DNA of 64,000 nucleotides from Harriotta raleighana (GCA_050575255.1 JBNZDD010013730.1:9022381-9086380); one strand, 5' to 3'. Shown: positions 28,865-44,442, numbered from the stretch's first letter. Numbers and translations: made by a program. Notes: a model not told the origin generated them from the letters alone.

Positions 28865-29040
28865 ATCATCCAGATAAACAATTGTTCGTTTCATGGCTGC
28901 TTGTAGGACATTGCTGTACTCAGATTGGTCGCCATTGTTGCTTACGAAATACAGTCACTGAACTTTAAAGCAATCACCAGTGACGTGCTTTTGAGATGTT
29001 TTGATGTTACAGTTGCTTTATCAAATGCAAATATTATTAT
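28865..29040 (+). mobile_element. Degenerate Deu-type SINE 3' half
   Basis: ggacattgctgtactcagattggtcgcc...acagtcactgaacttt...tatcaaatgcaaatattattat. Confidence 0.6.
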
Positions 29041-30899
29041 CAACAAGTGTGTCCAGCATTGCAATACCATTCCAAGTTCAGGAATCAAAATGTAGTTGAA
29101 GACTGACAGTTCTGAGTGGGTCTGTGGCTATTTTCCAGACTACCCAGCAGACGTTCTCTCTATATTTAAAGACTATTTTAAGAGCAACATCTGCAAAAAT
29201 TGCATTGTGTGGTGAAGTACTTGGATTCACGACTCATTTGTAGCATTGGAAGGGGAAGCGCTAAAATGGTCTGAATGTCATACAGTTCCTTCCCAAGTGG
29301 AATCAGTTAACACTCTGCGCAGGTGAATCCTGAAATTCTCGAAACAATGTGACTTTATAAGTCCACTCAGTGGAAACATTTAAATTTGAAGAATTCTTGT
29401 TCTGAACAAAGGCACAGCACAATGAATCTGTGGCAATAAAACGCTGCTTCCTGCCAAAAAATATTTCTTATTGTGTTCTAAGAATGGAAGATTCTAAGCT
29501 TCCAACAAGAATCTGATGAGTAAACAAATTTGATACAATCACTGTTATCTGCTGGAAATGAGCCACTAGTGCAAACTGATCCATCCACTATCCTGGCTGA
29601 ATAAATGGGAAAATAGTTCCTTAAAAATACCACTTTAATGATTATGAAGCTCATTCTCCAGAGTCAGTGTGTGCTGTACTTGGCTTTGCGTGCCACACTG
29701 TAACGGTGACAGAGAAAGGGATGAATAGCAGAGTTCAGCTAAGGATACTGTTTGGATATAGTGTACCGTAATACAACTCTTATGAATGTATGCACCTATT
29801 TTCTTGGTCTGAAAAGCAATTGAAAGATTTGAAGGAAAAACACTGTAACTTGCTTCTCTCTTGTACATTAAACTTTTTTCAAACTTTGTCTCCCAAGATT
29901 TTCACTTAGGTTTTTAGTTTCCTTCAGTGTTGTTCCAGTAATTTTCGGTTTTGTTTTCACATGAGTCAGTCAAACTGGCTTTGTGCCAGCTGTGATGTCC
30001 CTTTCAAAACAGTATTAAGCAGGAGAGGGCAATAGGCTTCCAGGCTGCCCTATATTTATTGCATCCTGATTTTCACATTGATTTCCAATTGGCAAATGTC
30101 AGTGATTGAAAAATGTACCTTTAAGTTATATGAATGGATAACAGTTTGCTATCAAATAACCAGTGATACATAATTGCCTTCAAAATCTGTGAAACACAGA
30201 CCTATGTCATCAGTACCAACTTATGGAGACTGGCGAATGAGTTCTCATTAACGTACGAGTTGACTTCACTGACAGTTAATAAGAATTTTCATAGATCGAG
30301 AATGCATCAATTCTTGAAGATTGTAGTGACTGACTCTTTGATAGTGTGGACTCTTTAATAATGTGGTTCCACAACACACTCAAATTTAGCAGCAACATGA
30401 TTCTCTAACTCGATCTGTCATGACATTCCACACTGATTGAAGTAACCTAGGAAGTGATTCCTTTCATCAGCGGTGTTAGTTAAACTTCCTGGTGCAATCA
30501 TCAAGCTGCCACAATACTGCCTTCTGAAAACCACCCACACAGCAACCAGGAGATTACTGAAAAACATTTCTCCACTTCTAGCTTAGTTTCACACTTGAGT
30601 GGATATCTCACGACATACTTTGGCAATGTTGAATTGTGTTTACTTCAAACAATGTCAATGCTTGGGCAGTCAAAATATACCAAAAATGTCAACTATTTTA
30701 AGAATTTTTAAAATCAAAATCTTTTCCAGTATCAGAGATTGGATGTGTCTTTTCATCGAGAAGTTATTGTTTTAGTTTAAAAGGCCCCCACACACACTGA
30801 AACATTGGGTAGTTTCTTCTAAAGGAGACTGACATACAAATTATCTTAACAAGAGAGCAAGAGTTTTGGAACATTGACCTCCCCGATCTGATTGACCAC

Positions 30900-31255
30900 A
30901 ATGGATGAGTTGTCAGCCTTTCTGTCCTTGTTCTTTGAATCCCCAGCTAAGATTGCCATGACCTCAAACCCTCCCTAACCCTTTTAAAGCCCACCTTAAA
31001 GTTTACAGCTTTGACTGTGCTTTCAGTTGTCTCCACTCTACTCCCTTACTCAATTCTCAACTCTCCTTCCAACTCAGGTTCCTAACAAAGTTCTGACGAA
31101 GAGTCGTGGACCCGAAATGTTGACTCACTTTTCCTTTCTCCGTAGATGCTGCCTGACCTGCTGTTTTTGTTTTGGGTTCCTAACCAGCTGTGTGAAGCAC
31201 TTTGAAGTGTTCTTTCGATGTGAAAGGAACACCGTGAATGTAAATAGTATTGCAT
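30900..31255 (+). mobile_element. Old L2 3' fragment with nested Penelope-like short insert (about 31088-31165)
   Basis: tttaaagcccaccttaaa...tttgactgtgctttcagt and a tgtgaagcactttg..gtgaaagg tail flank ctgacgaagagtc..gacccgaaatgttgactc..agatgctgcctgacctgctg. Confidence 0.55.
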
Positions 31256-32984
31256 TTTGTATTGTACCGTGATGCTACCTTCGTCTGATCCTTGTATTAT
31301 AGCAATGGAGAGAATGTTTTGTTAACATTGAAACAACAATGCATTCATGTCATATTTCACAACCCAAGCTCACAAAGCTGCACCACATTCATTTAGTCTC
31401 TGTGCTGCTTACTTTCTGTAGTAGTGTCACAAAGAAGACTTCAAACTTTTACTACAGGCTCCTCAGCAAGAATACCAAATGTGAGTCTTTCATTCATTAC
31501 AACAACAATCCTTATAATGCCAATAGGTATTGAGTGAAGAGTGCCATTACCACCAGATACAGGATTCATACTTCCCAAACAAGGACCATTACAGCAACGT
31601 GGAAAGAGAATGTTCACCTCGCTCAGGGCCACATTTGAATTCAGATACTGGTGCTGACAGGCACTGTTTCCACTCACTGCGACCCTCTTCCCTTGCTAAA
31701 ACAAACTTGTACAGATTGTTTTAAATGCTAAAATAAATTATCTGTAACCTCTTGAGGCATAAATGTGCAATATATGCAATTCTAAATATGCATTTCTATA
31801 GAATTATAAAATAATCAATGAAGCATGCTATAGGGAAATGCCAGCATATTGATGCTATTAAAAATAGAATCAGGTAGCCTGTATCTTTAACGTACTTGTG
31901 AAAATATTGCATAATCAGTTCTGTTACCAAAACTCATTTCAGGTTATAAATGAAACTCAGAACCTCATATATTCTTTAAACATTTTGTGGATATTTTCGT
32001 TAACTCTGGGTGTTCATGCTGACCTGATTTAATGTTCAATGCAGATCTTAGTTGGCTATCCATTCTGGTTATAATATTCAGCAGCATTTGGCTCCCTCCA
32101 ATTCTGATGAAGGCAAAGCAGGAATAATTGCCATATCTGCTCTCAAGGCTAACCAGTGGAAAATGCAGGACTAAGCAGAGGGCTGGTTATCATTATGAAT
32201 AAGAGTATCATGGTATTTCTGATCTGATAATGGTTCCTCTTCAACATGTTATTTCTTATCAATTGTCAAAGTCTAAAGAAGTAAGGTAGCTCCTGATTAC
32301 TCATCAATCCAAAGGTATAAGCAATGATTTCTATGATTAAAATACTGACTACAGATGACATAGATGAATTGATAAATTACGTCTGGAGTGTAGAATAGGA
32401 CACCGACTTGGGATTATATTAACATAATCAAATCAAAAACAGCTGTCAGATATTCTGGAAGTCTCTTCAGAGGAGAACAATGTTTTTTAAGTGCAGCAAA
32501 TTAATGTGACTTATTCTCTGTACTTTTATTAATGGTACCATAGGCTTTGCTGGATGACAGTTTCAGCGACGCGGGAGAGAAACTGTTAAAAACACTGGAT
32601 GTGAATGCTGAGCAATATTCGGCTTGTTTCAGAAGCGTAACAAAGATGTGTCCTTATTAACATCATTAAATAATGATCAATGTATCTGTACAACCACCTA
32701 AGGAATGTATCAGGGTTCAAAAACACTAAAGTTAACTCAACAACAACAAAATCTTGCGTTTATATAGTGCCCTTCATGTAGGGTAGCATCCCAGACTGCT
32801 TAGAAGCATTTAAAGTTAGTCCTAACTTGAATTAGGGGGCTAGGGCTGGCGATCAGATAGATGGCGGTGAACTTGGAATAAGTTATGTGGATAGGTATCA
32901 AGTCAGGATTCCACCCCAACCAACCCCCCTCCCTCCCAAACCCCTCCCTCAGTTGAAATAAGGAGTTTTATTTAGATGTCTTTC

Positions 32985-33255
32985 TTGTTTTTCGCCCCCA
33001 AATATACACCTAGTTTTCCTGCTCTCTTCCCCTACCCCAACTCCTCCCCTTACCCTCTTTCCCCCTTTCATCCCTGGCCCCATCACTTCCATGACTGTTT
33101 GTGGGACACTGCTGTGTGCAATTTGGCTGCCGCGTTTCGCCCACAAATATACAGTCAATTTTTCCTACTTTCCTTTCCACGAGCCCTCCCCCCCTACTTG
33201 ACTGTACAGCGCCTTGGGACGTCCTCCCGACGTGAAAGGCGCTATATAAATAAAA
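32985..33255 (+). mobile_element. Second copy of the pyrimidine-rich SINE/L2-tail retroposon
   Basis: Closely similar to 2440-2700. Confidence 0.8.
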
Positions 33256-33542
33256 TTTTGATTGATTGATTTTAATAGAAAACTGATATATTTTTACTTT
33301 GAAAATGACATTTTCTGCCCAACTGAGTAAATGCTCAAAACACATTGCTAAGAACTGATGGTATAGCAAGGGAAATTAATGAAGAGGAAGTGATACAATT
33401 TTGTCAAAACGATCATATCATAATGAGTTAAAATTAAGTGAAACGACAATCAGTGGCCACTGATAAAATACTAATTTGTGCTCTAAAATTCCATTGCCTG
33501 CATATGTACTTAAGGAGAATGTATGAGAAATAACATCAATTT

Positions 33543-33724
33543 GTGGAGTCGTGTAGCTCAATGGTTAGAGCACTCCTCTTGCAAGTGAGAGACCTTGGTT
33601 CGATTCCAGGCAGGGCGAAACCTACTCATAAATATACAGTAAATTCACTTTACAGTATATTCTGTGGTGCTTTGAGACATTTAGAAGATGTGAAAAGCAA
33701 GGATTATTATTATTATTATTATTA
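33543..33724 (+). mobile_element. Internally deleted tRNA-SINE (head joined to tail)
   Basis: A box TAGCTCAATGG and B box GGTTCGATTCC, then directly aaatatacagt...gcaaggattattatt. Confidence 0.85.
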
Positions 33725-34874
33725 ACGTTTACCAGTGTTTCAAACTCATAAGTACTTTGCATGGTGCAAGACCCTAAAAAACAGTTTCTGCAGTTTCAAA
33801 TTGAGGGAAAATATTAAAAACAGTTTGATTAAGAAATTACTAATGGGTTACATTTATGAATGTGCTGAAACTAAATATCCACATTTCTGGGGAACACAGA
33901 ACATTTAGAGTAACTGGTTGAGCAGCGACTAAGTAAGAGTGACAATTTCACAGAATCCTGGAGAGATACCAGAAATAAATTGTGTCATTTTGGTTGGCGA
34001 ATTTTACTTTCGATCCCATGTTCCCAGATAACAATTTTCTAATACAGTAGTTCTTACAAGTTTTTTTTTACTCTTATATATAGAAAGAAATGTAATCTTA
34101 CAACTGTATTAGATGACTCAATAAAGTTAGTATTATCTACCTACTGTTTATATCCCACATTTTAATCATGAATCCAAATATTGCTTTCACTTTCTGAAAT
34201 CAGTACTTCAAAAGATTGAAGCAAAAGATTCTTCATATGCTCCCTTAATACGGTCACAAAAATGTAGCCAACAAATAGATATTACTTTTAAATAACAGCC
34301 TTTCTGTACATGTAGTTAGCTTCAATATTGCACGATATTACTGTTTAACGATACAGTTGCAATTCCTCATGCTGATGTTACCCAGTAGTCAGTGTGATAA
34401 ATGCAATACACTCTTTTCACAAAGATCATTGCTATGTAAATGTTTATGGAAACCCCACACAACATGCACAGGAACATCTGTACATTGCCCACTTTAGCAC
34501 AACAGATCTTGTTGGGACCTGTTAATCAGCATTGTTAATGGAGGAACCAAAATTTTGATACAAGTGTTTTCCTCCACATCAGCATCAAACGCTCCATGGT
34601 ATTTAGAGACATGTTACTTTTTTCTGCCCATTTCCTCCAGTGATGAATCAGATTACAAAATAAAATGTACAAAAACACACAATCTAAATTGTGAAATTCG
34701 GAAAATGATTAGTAAATAATAAATCCTTTAGATATGTTGCTCCAGCTCTCTAGAACTGGAGAACTGATCTCAATTTAAATTTCTGTATAATGGTCTCAGT
34801 TCCCAGGAAGAGACTAGTGTTTTCGCTATTTACAAATCCTTTTATGAAACTTGCAATTTAGATCTCCATTATAT

Positions 34875-35177
34875 ATAATAATACTGTAATCCTTGCATTT
34901 GATAGATGCTTTTCACATTCTCTAGACATCTCAAAGTGTTGCACCGAATATAATGACTGTATATTGTGGGCCAAATAGGCTGCCAATTGTGCACAGCAGT
35001 GTTCCACAAACAGCCGTGGATTGGTGACCAATTTATTATTGTTTAGTTTTTTTGAGGGATGATTATTAGGCATGTGGAGTCAGGAAACTTGCCCAAGTTT
35101 TCACCAATGCCGGCAATCAAACCCAGGTCTCTCACTTGTGAGGCGAGTGTTCTAACTACTGAGCTACGGGACTCCAT
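34875..35177 (-). mobile_element. Near full-length tRNA-SINE
   Basis: Colinear with 13061-13385. Confidence 0.85.
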
Positions 35178-35799
35178 GATGTGGAAACAGACGTGGAAAC
35201 TGTCAGAGCAGGAATGCTTAAAATTCACTCCAACTATTGCACGAAAAGTATCAAACCCAAAGCACCATTAAAACAAATCAAGCAGCAACTGGAAAGAAAA
35301 TATTCCTTCAAATCCCAGTAGTAGAGTGCACAATCCTATTGGAAACATCTGTGCTGGGAATATAATCTATCTTTTGGTCTTCTGGAAAGAGCTGGCCTGC
35401 TCTCAATGAGTAGAATCGATTGCACACATAATTCCTTGAGCGAGGAACAGTCTAGTCCTTGCCAGAATAAATGGTGATAATCATTTATTTCCTTCACTTC
35501 CTTTTCTGTGGGCCAACAGTTGCCAAAGGCTGAAAAGGCCAGAAAGGCAATACAACCGACCAGAGTGGGTAAATCAGTGTTCTTTGCAGTAATCTGTATC
35601 AGTATCCTTTCCTTCCTATTTTTTATTCAGAATCAAGATAAAATGAAAGTCCGCTGCTGATTGTTAGTGATGATGTATATTTCATATGTACTCAACAAAA
35701 AATGATAGTGTCTCAATAGCCTAGTGGGTAAAGATGCACTCAGTACACTGTATTTTATGCAAAGACATAAAATAGATTGTGTGGTCAAACAAAGTTCGA

Positions 35800-35980
35800 C
35801 AGGGATGGAATAAAATAGTGAAGATACCCACTCCTGATCAGTATCCACCAGTGATATCTGATGGCAGGTGTACATGTGGGGATGAGAAGAGGATCAAGCA
35901 TGGCTGCCATGCCCTTCATTATCAAATAGCTTGCCAACACTCACTGTCTCAAGTTCATGCATAAAGCAAGGTCCACAAAA
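35800..35980 (+). mobile_element. Ancient SINE-like interspersed repeat (second family); related pieces at about 9940-10060 (+), 10680-10830 (-), 38440-38675 (+)
   Basis: Shared motifs ctcctgat..ctg(c)tgg(a)aag.g..catgt..g.tga..a(g)gat..ggct..tcaaa(t)agc(c)tgcca; family name not certain. Confidence 0.5.
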
Positions 35981-37055
35981 CAGGTGAGAACAAAAATGGC
36001 TATCTCTACCTGCTGGACAAATGAAAATCTGTGCTTAAAATATGTAAGTATGACTGCACACATCCATAGCATTGTGTATGTGTATTGGTGACACAACATA
36101 CTGCACTGTGTCACCCCATGAGCCGGAACATTTCCGAACATGTCAAGAACCAATGAGAAAACCAACAGCAGTAAAACAAAGGTTTGAGTTTAGAAAACTG
36201 CTCTGGGCAAAGCAATGCAATGCAGGACTATATTCTATGATTGTCCCAATCTCTATTTGGTTTAATCTATAAAATTCAGTGAAGAAATTTCCATTTGCAA
36301 CTCTAAAGAGAATAGACAGCACACAGGTGTTTCTGCAAACCCTGAGAAATGAACTATTTGTACAAATATAAAGTATCCTTACTACCGTTTTCTGCCATCT
36401 TTGACTATTATGCTTTAGCTTACTCCCAGACTCGCTCTGAATTCCTTTCTGGTTAGTTTTAACAAAAATTATAAGAATCTTTGCATTTGATACAGTGCCT
36501 TATCATTTCATTCAGATGTCTCAAAGTGCTTCACAGAACATGTTGGAATGTGGATAGACTGCATATTTTGCAGGTGAATGTTTGGATAAAGATTGGATTT
36601 TGCACAATTAGGTGCCAGGAAAACAGGAATTAAGAACCAGTAACAAAATTCCCAACTTCATATCATTCTGGATGATAAATAAACAAAGTTCTGACATTTT
36701 GTCACAATTCGGTTAAAACTGACACTTTCCATTGTCGATTCCCAGTTATGCCCCCTGATTTACACAAAATGTTTGTATGTGTACACACTGTATCGTGTTG
36801 GTGTCATAGCAGTCAGTATTATGTGCACTAAGCACACAATGGAATCAAAACAGGAAACAGAACGTTTGGAATGGTCACTGCAAAATGGTTCATCGCAAAT
36901 GTTCCTCTGTTCAGAAAGGTCATTCCACTCATGTCACTCAGTGTTTATATTGAGACAGTTTCCCTGACATGTTGAAAATGAAAGTTGTATAAATCTAACC
37001 AGGTCTTGCCTAAAGCGAGGTTCTTTTCAAAAAAAAAAAGGTTCAGTAAAACTTG

Positions 37056-37065
37056 AGTGTGTGTT

Positions 37066-37084
<19 letters not shown>
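37056..37084. repeat. (GT)n microsatellite, continuing to about 37104
   Basis: Directly visible. Confidence 0.9.
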
Positions 37085-37107
<23 letters not shown>

Positions 37108-37639
37108 GGGGAGGGGTAGAAAAGAATGAAGTAAAGAGTAAAGTATCAGTTTTATCCCGTAAATGATGACATGTGTTTCTAAAACTATATAGAGCTTTTC
37201 TTAACTGGTTCGCACCCAGATGGTTTTCCTTGAAATCTCCGAACTTATGTTACAGCATTCTACTGAATCAATTACTTAAAAACCTCTTAAAAAGTATATT
37301 CAACTGTGGGCTGTATAATATAACTGTATAATATATCATTTCTATTATCCAGATTCTGCAGTGTATGATAAAGAGAATTAATCACCAACAGAGTAAGAGG
37401 TCCTTGAAATAAATCTTCCCATTAACAGTCACCCATTAGCTAGTGTGCACATTAGGCAGAGGTTCATATTTATCTATATTGACACATTGTCCTCCTTGTT
37501 TGGCCAACAAATAAATGTTTCTTCATTGAATATGTCTTGATTTATAGCATTAATCTATGCTATCTTGCTATTTTGATGACTATTTTGTTGGCTAACCAAT
37601 ATCAACAATCCTTGGGACAATCAGGGAACACACATTTTA

Positions 37640-37912
37640 TATAATAATAATCATTGCATTTGTTATAGTGCTTTTTATGTCTTCTAGATATCTCAAAAGC
37701 ACTTCACACGAGTAAAGGGAATTGTTTGTATATTTTGGGGGTGAAACACAGCAGCCAATTGTGCACAGCAGTGTCCCATAAAAGACCATGAATTGAGTGA
37801 CCAATTATTATTTTGTTTTTGTCTTCTGGGATATCAAGCATGTGGAGTAAGGAAACTTGCCCAAGGTTTTGCCCTTCCAGGAATCGAACCCAGGTCTCTG
37901 CATGCTCTAAAC
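37640..37912 (-). mobile_element. tRNA-SINE
   Basis: Tail, core and B box (ggaatcgaaccc) colinear with 13061-13385. Confidence 0.85.
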
Positions 37913-39602
37913 AGGACAACATAATCTTTTATTTTAAATGGAATATTCCACTGCAATAAATAACCAGTGGATGGAGGGGGAACAGTCCACAGGCTCCCTG
38001 AACAATGAAATCTACACACAAGAGAAAAATTCTTACATATAATAGTTTTCCAATACTTTTTTTCCAATTCAAATGAGTTTCATTCTTTCAGCTTTGAAGC
38101 ATTGACATTAACGTTGTGGTTTGTCTCATAGATAAATTGACACAAGAAAATAATGAACAGAAGAGCAACCTTACACTGATGGCAAGAGCATAATTTCGAA
38201 AAAAATTCTATTAGACGTGCTTTGGGAAAGGATGGCACAAAGAACAATCTAGTTATGTTTGACTACAAGGCATAATATCAGGTTAGATCTCAACAAGTGG
38301 CCAAAGAATAGGTGATTTAACAACAACAGCTTGCGTTTGTATAGCATGTCTCACACAGGATTGCCATCCCAGTGTGCTTTCTTTATGGTAAGATTAGAAA
38401 CAAATTCTGTAGTATTTTCCTTTACCTATAGAATAAGGTTCAGCTGCTAAAATGAATCCTTGTCTGTGCTGAGTTAGCTGATATGTCGGGTAGCAATAAA
38501 GCACTAGTCTTGGTGATATCATGCCTGGGATAGAGAGAAAGAATGAAAACAGACAGGACAGAACTCCTTTGCCTCTCTATCAAGTGATCTCAGTAAGTGG
38601 TTTATATGTGTGAATGTTGGATAAGAATTAGTCTTAGCTATAATGCACCTCTGTGGTCACTTTGCCTGCTGATCCTCCATGATCAAACAGGAGCAATGGC
38701 TCAGAGAAGATGTTGCACACCCCTTCCCCCCACCCCTCAACAAGAGAGATTGTTTCAAAAGAGGAGGGGGCAAACATGGAAGAGAAACACCCAAGAGTTG
38801 CAAACCCAAAACTGAGCTGAATTTAAGCAATGTATCACTTTCCCTTGTAGATATTGCAACACACGCTCCTTAAGATACATTACTGTATGCTTTCTTACAC
38901 AAGCGTTTTATATATGCTGAGTTCGACATTTCTCAATCAACTCTTCTGATAAATTATAGAACTGTACACACATTTCATACACTATTGCATACACTCCTTA
39001 AATACACTGCTATACCGAGTCTTTACATATACTGTGCACTTTGAAATGGATCTAGAATCATATTCTGTACAACTTTCTTCTCACTGCAGACGTTAACTAA
39101 AAAACATTCAAGTGAGAAATTCTCCCAGGTCTAGATTTACTCCATCTATGTAACATTTTAGAGCAGAATCCATAATTTCTTAGAATCAAACTTAACTGTG
39201 ACAGTCTGGTTTCTTACAACCTCCAGAAAACTAGCTCCAAAATTAATACTATAGTAATGCTATGTAAATATAATAAATGTAGACACAGGTGGAATTTGCC
39301 CCTTAAATTTTGAGCTGCAAATAGATAAATAAATCCTCAGGTTTCTGGGTTTGAATCATTGATAATAAATAACAATGCAACTGCTTGCCACTTGTCAGAA
39401 TAATTATTTTGTATACATTTCAGAGAATTATAATTGTTTTTAAATGCTCACAAAACACCAATTAAACAACAGCAACTATTCCGACAGGCTTTATTAAAAA
39501 CTCGCCCCATTTTGAAATGTTTTCTTATATTCTTACCTTAGGTTTTAAAACAAACACAAATTTCTACTGATTAAAGGTATAATGGCCCTTAACTTCACTT
39601 CT

Positions 39603-39782
39603 AATAATAATAATGAATTATTCATTTCAATCAATGATTATTTGTGGAACACTGCCAAGCGTGATTGGCTCCCACATTTCGACCAAAAATATATAGTTAA
39701 TTACAATATATTCTGTGAAGTGCTTCCAAGGTGTTCAAAGACGTGATAAGCTGCTATATAAAATGCAAGAATTATTATTAAT
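39603..39782 (+). mobile_element. Degenerate SINE 3' half
   Basis: tttgtggaacactgc..attggct..ttctgtgaagtgct..gctatataaaatgcaagaattattatt. Confidence 0.65.
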
Positions 39783-40502
39783 ATTATGCATTTTTAATAT
39801 ATTGAATAAAAGTAGAGGACTTAACCAAGATTAAGATCCTAATGTGATCTGGATTGAACAGTTGATTGTGGCTTAGTGAAATGCAAGATATTAATGGGGG
39901 AAAAACTCACATTACCAAGTGTAGCAAAATGATAGATGCACACTATTGGGGTAAGAATTCCAGGTCTATGCACATTGTCAATGTCGCTACACAAGGAATT
40001 TTTATCCCTAGTATTTACCTTTTATCAACACGATCCCAGAGGGAAAAACTAGAGTTGCGGATACAATTTATAAACCATAAATAGTTCAAGGATTTTAAAC
40101 AGGCAGAAATAACATTATAAATCTCAGAACGTATTTCAGGGATGGTGATATCTGTGTTGTTAAGGATAGCACTTTAACTATTTCTTGTAATGGGAAAAGA
40201 AACACTCACTATATAGATAATTGATAGGTGTCAAATGAGTAGTGTATGTACCAGCGTATACATGTAGTGTACATGTGCTGTAGATGTAGCTTCATCCTCT
40301 GCATGTCAACATGTGCTTTTCGGCCGGTCAACTATTCTACATGTTGAATCAATGGCGAGCTGATGATTATACTTTGGGAAATTTTCACTCTACATCTTCT
40401 TGAACCGACTGAAATAAGTCAATTATTAAATCAAGAGAATGCATACCGGTTCCCTCCCCCTCTCCTGGACTTGTACAGCAGTACATTACAAAATTGGAAT
40501 CA

Positions 40503-41198
<696 letters not shown>

Positions 41199-43699
41199 TC
41201 ACAAAAATACTTGCCATTAAGAACATTTCAATAGCTTGCAAATTATTCAGTGTAAATAGATTCACATAATATTAACATCCTCTGCAAAATGAAGGAAGTA
41301 AATGCAAAGTGCTCCAAACTTTTGGGGGGACTGAATTACTTCAGTCAGCTTCCATGAACACACGTGAAATACAGAGAATAAGAAGTTAATATAGCTGGTC
41401 AGATTAGTCAATCCTACAACAATAACATACTATATGCAGATATAGTATTGGCATTTTAAGATGATTTTGTTTTAAGTTGATGTATCTTTACCATATAGCA
41501 GCAGTTGTTATAGGGTAAAGAAAGCTGCTCAGGTCAGCTGTACAATGACAATGACAGCCATCTGAAAAAGCAACCATTGCAAGCTGGCAGATTCTTAGTA
41601 CAACTGCAATTACTTTAAGTATCAGCATGTTTATATGCACTAGGGATTTTGTTGTATATTTTTGCTGTGTGTTCATTGAGTACAGTATGTATCTCTGAGG
41701 CAAATTTAAGAGTGGTAATATTGGCTATAAGACAAGCATTAACATATTTTGTGCTTCTAACTAGTGAATGATTTGTGCATTGACAATGTTGCACCCGTAA
41801 GACCTGGGAGCAACAAAGGTGTCTTCTTCGGATGCCAAATTGATTTGCAAAGTATCCCTTCTTATACCCTCAACATTGTTTATCTAACAAAATTACAATT
41901 GTATTCCATTCATTCATCGCCATTGTCATTTTTGCAAAGAAAATAAATGTAAGCAACTAGAATGCCAACAAAATTGTTAAGGCAATAAACAAAGAAACGT
42001 TGGATAAAATAAGAGTCTGTTAGCTTTAAGACTGCACTCCAGTGGGATGCTGAGATTTCCTTAATCAAATGTAATATTGTTTCTTCTACATATACCGCAT
42101 TCATACCGTTGAGAAGGCTTAAAAACAACTGCCTTTATTTTTGTCTCCTGTAACTTTGACATCACTTTTCTAGTTTTTCTTTGCTTGAACCACGTTGCAC
42201 AGCAACCGTATATTATACAAGCAGCATTCAGATATTTCCCTGGTGAAAAAACAACAAGCTCATTCAGAGCCCATTGCCACTGTTATGTCTTCTAAAATCT
42301 CCGGAATTAAAAATAAATAAAACAAATCCAGTTCAACAAATGCCTTGGGAATAATTTTAATGGCCTCTGTCACAGCAGTGTCTGTCACCACTGAGTTGTT
42401 CTAATGGCCACTGAGATATTCTTACTGAAGCGGTTTCATCTATTGGTGACTAAAGAAAAGCAGAAACCTCTTGACAGCTACATGACATGTTGAGGTTGTT
42501 GTAAGCCACACTTGAGGTTATATTTGCAGCTTTTTATCCAAGGGATTAGTGCAATATTAAAAATTTATCACAGCTTGTGTATCCATTATAAGGACATTGA
42601 CAATTATAGGTTCAAACCAACATGGTAGAATGGGGGCAATAACTAATTGTGAGTCCTATTGGGAAAACTCTCTTAGCTTAAAGAAATCTAGTCGAGTGCT
42701 TGCATTTAGGTGGCTATATATTTTGCTAATTTTCCCTGTAGACTATTAATATTTATCATAAAATATTTCCGAATGTTACAGAGGTCGATCCCAAATGTTG
42801 AACTGACTACAAATGTTGGGTGGGGGTGGCAGAATGGCTTTTCACTCCACCGGGAATGTGGGATCGATTGATCTGTAGACTGCTAAGTGCCATCAAAACA
42901 CTATTTAAGTATGAACTCTGCAACCAGCCAGAGTAAGAGACTCACCCACTGCTGGAAGCAGTGTGACTGCAATATGGAAATGCTGGCTCAAAGCTCTGAA
43001 TCACCTCAGAGGTTTTCTTACTATGCAGGGCACATAATCATAAATTAGACATGCCGGTGTCAAGGATCAACCTCATAAAACTCAAGATTGTGTGAAATTT
43101 TAGGTCCAAAAAAGACCTTTTGGAATTAATCAATTTGTTCTATTATGTAATTTTACAATCATTTTTTCACAACCTTTTAAACCACTCATTTTGTAAATAT
43201 AATTCTGGAATCATTAAGAGTAGTGTGCAGAACATGGTTGCAGCAGAGGTGACCACTGATAAAGATGTAGCTAAAGTGTAATGATAGAATTATTTTCCAG
43301 TGGCCTGAAATTCCATCTAGTATTAACCTGTGAAACCATTTTATATTAAACTTTCAAATTGTATAAAACTGTGGAAAGTTCCTAAATTCAGTCTTGATGT
43401 GAATATAATAATACGTTTTATTATTAAGAAAACTGCATATTTTCTGCAGTTATTTAAAAAAATCTTCCAAATTCAGACAGAATTTCAGAATTAAGAATTA
43501 GGAATTCTCATGGGTGTTTTATTTTGAAATGATATGTTTTATGTTAGTTGTGTTCCAGAATCTCATGCCTAAAGTGGGGTGAATTGATTTTAATTGACAT
43601 ATATGGTTTGGGTAACACAGAGTAACATCAAATATTGCAGAATTATATGGCATGATAAGGAGATATAATGTGGCAGTGTGTGATAATTCACTGATGGTT

Positions 43700-44340
43700 C
43701 TAGTCAACGTAAAGTGGATATCAACAAAGCTTATCAAATACTACGTTTCATCTCGAGAGCATTTGATTACGGGTCAAAAGAAGTTATATATTCTTCTATA
43801 AATCATTGCTGAAGACACGTTCAGAAGAACATTGCATGCCTTTTTAATTATCCTCCCTTCAGAGAAATATTGAAAAATGGCAGAGGATTCAGAAAAGAGT
43901 TAGCAAGATAATTCTGATACTTAAGGAGAAGTTTGCAGAGCTGAAAATGTTTCATTTTGAAAAAAGAATGAGAGGCCTTGATCCAGGTATTTAAAATAGT
44001 GTAAGGCATAGGATGATACAAATACAAAACTATTTGACTTGATTCATGAGAGTAGAACAAAACGGTAACATTTTCAATTTAAGCAACCTCAAGTTAGACT
44101 AGTGATCGAAACATTTGTTTTGTAGAATAGTGAATACCTGAAACATTCCCCGCAAAAGTGTTGAAAGCCTCATTGATTATTACTTCATTTAAAAACTTTG
44201 CTAATTCTTCAAAATTGAAAGATTTAAGTATTACCTTGTAAATAACTTTGGAGGATACTTAAGAATAGATTAAACCAGGATAAACAAATATTCTAGTGAA
44301 TCCAAAGGCTCGTTTGTGTCGCTAGAACTGGGTAAGTTAT
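43700..44340 (+). mobile_element. Old degenerate CR1-like LINE 3' region
   Basis: Reads KAYQILRFISRAFDYGSKEVI..., then L-I-Q-V-F-K-I-V; frameshifted and AT-drifted. Confidence 0.65.
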
Positions 44341-44359
44341 TTTATGTGGACATAAAAGC

Positions 44360-44442
44360 AGATTAGATAGATTAGATAGATAGATTAGATAGATAAAATG
44401 GATGGATGGATAGATGGAAAGATGGATGGATGGATAGATAAG
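44360..44442. repeat. Compound (GATA/GATT)n-(GGAT)n microsatellite
   Basis: Directly visible. Confidence 0.9.
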
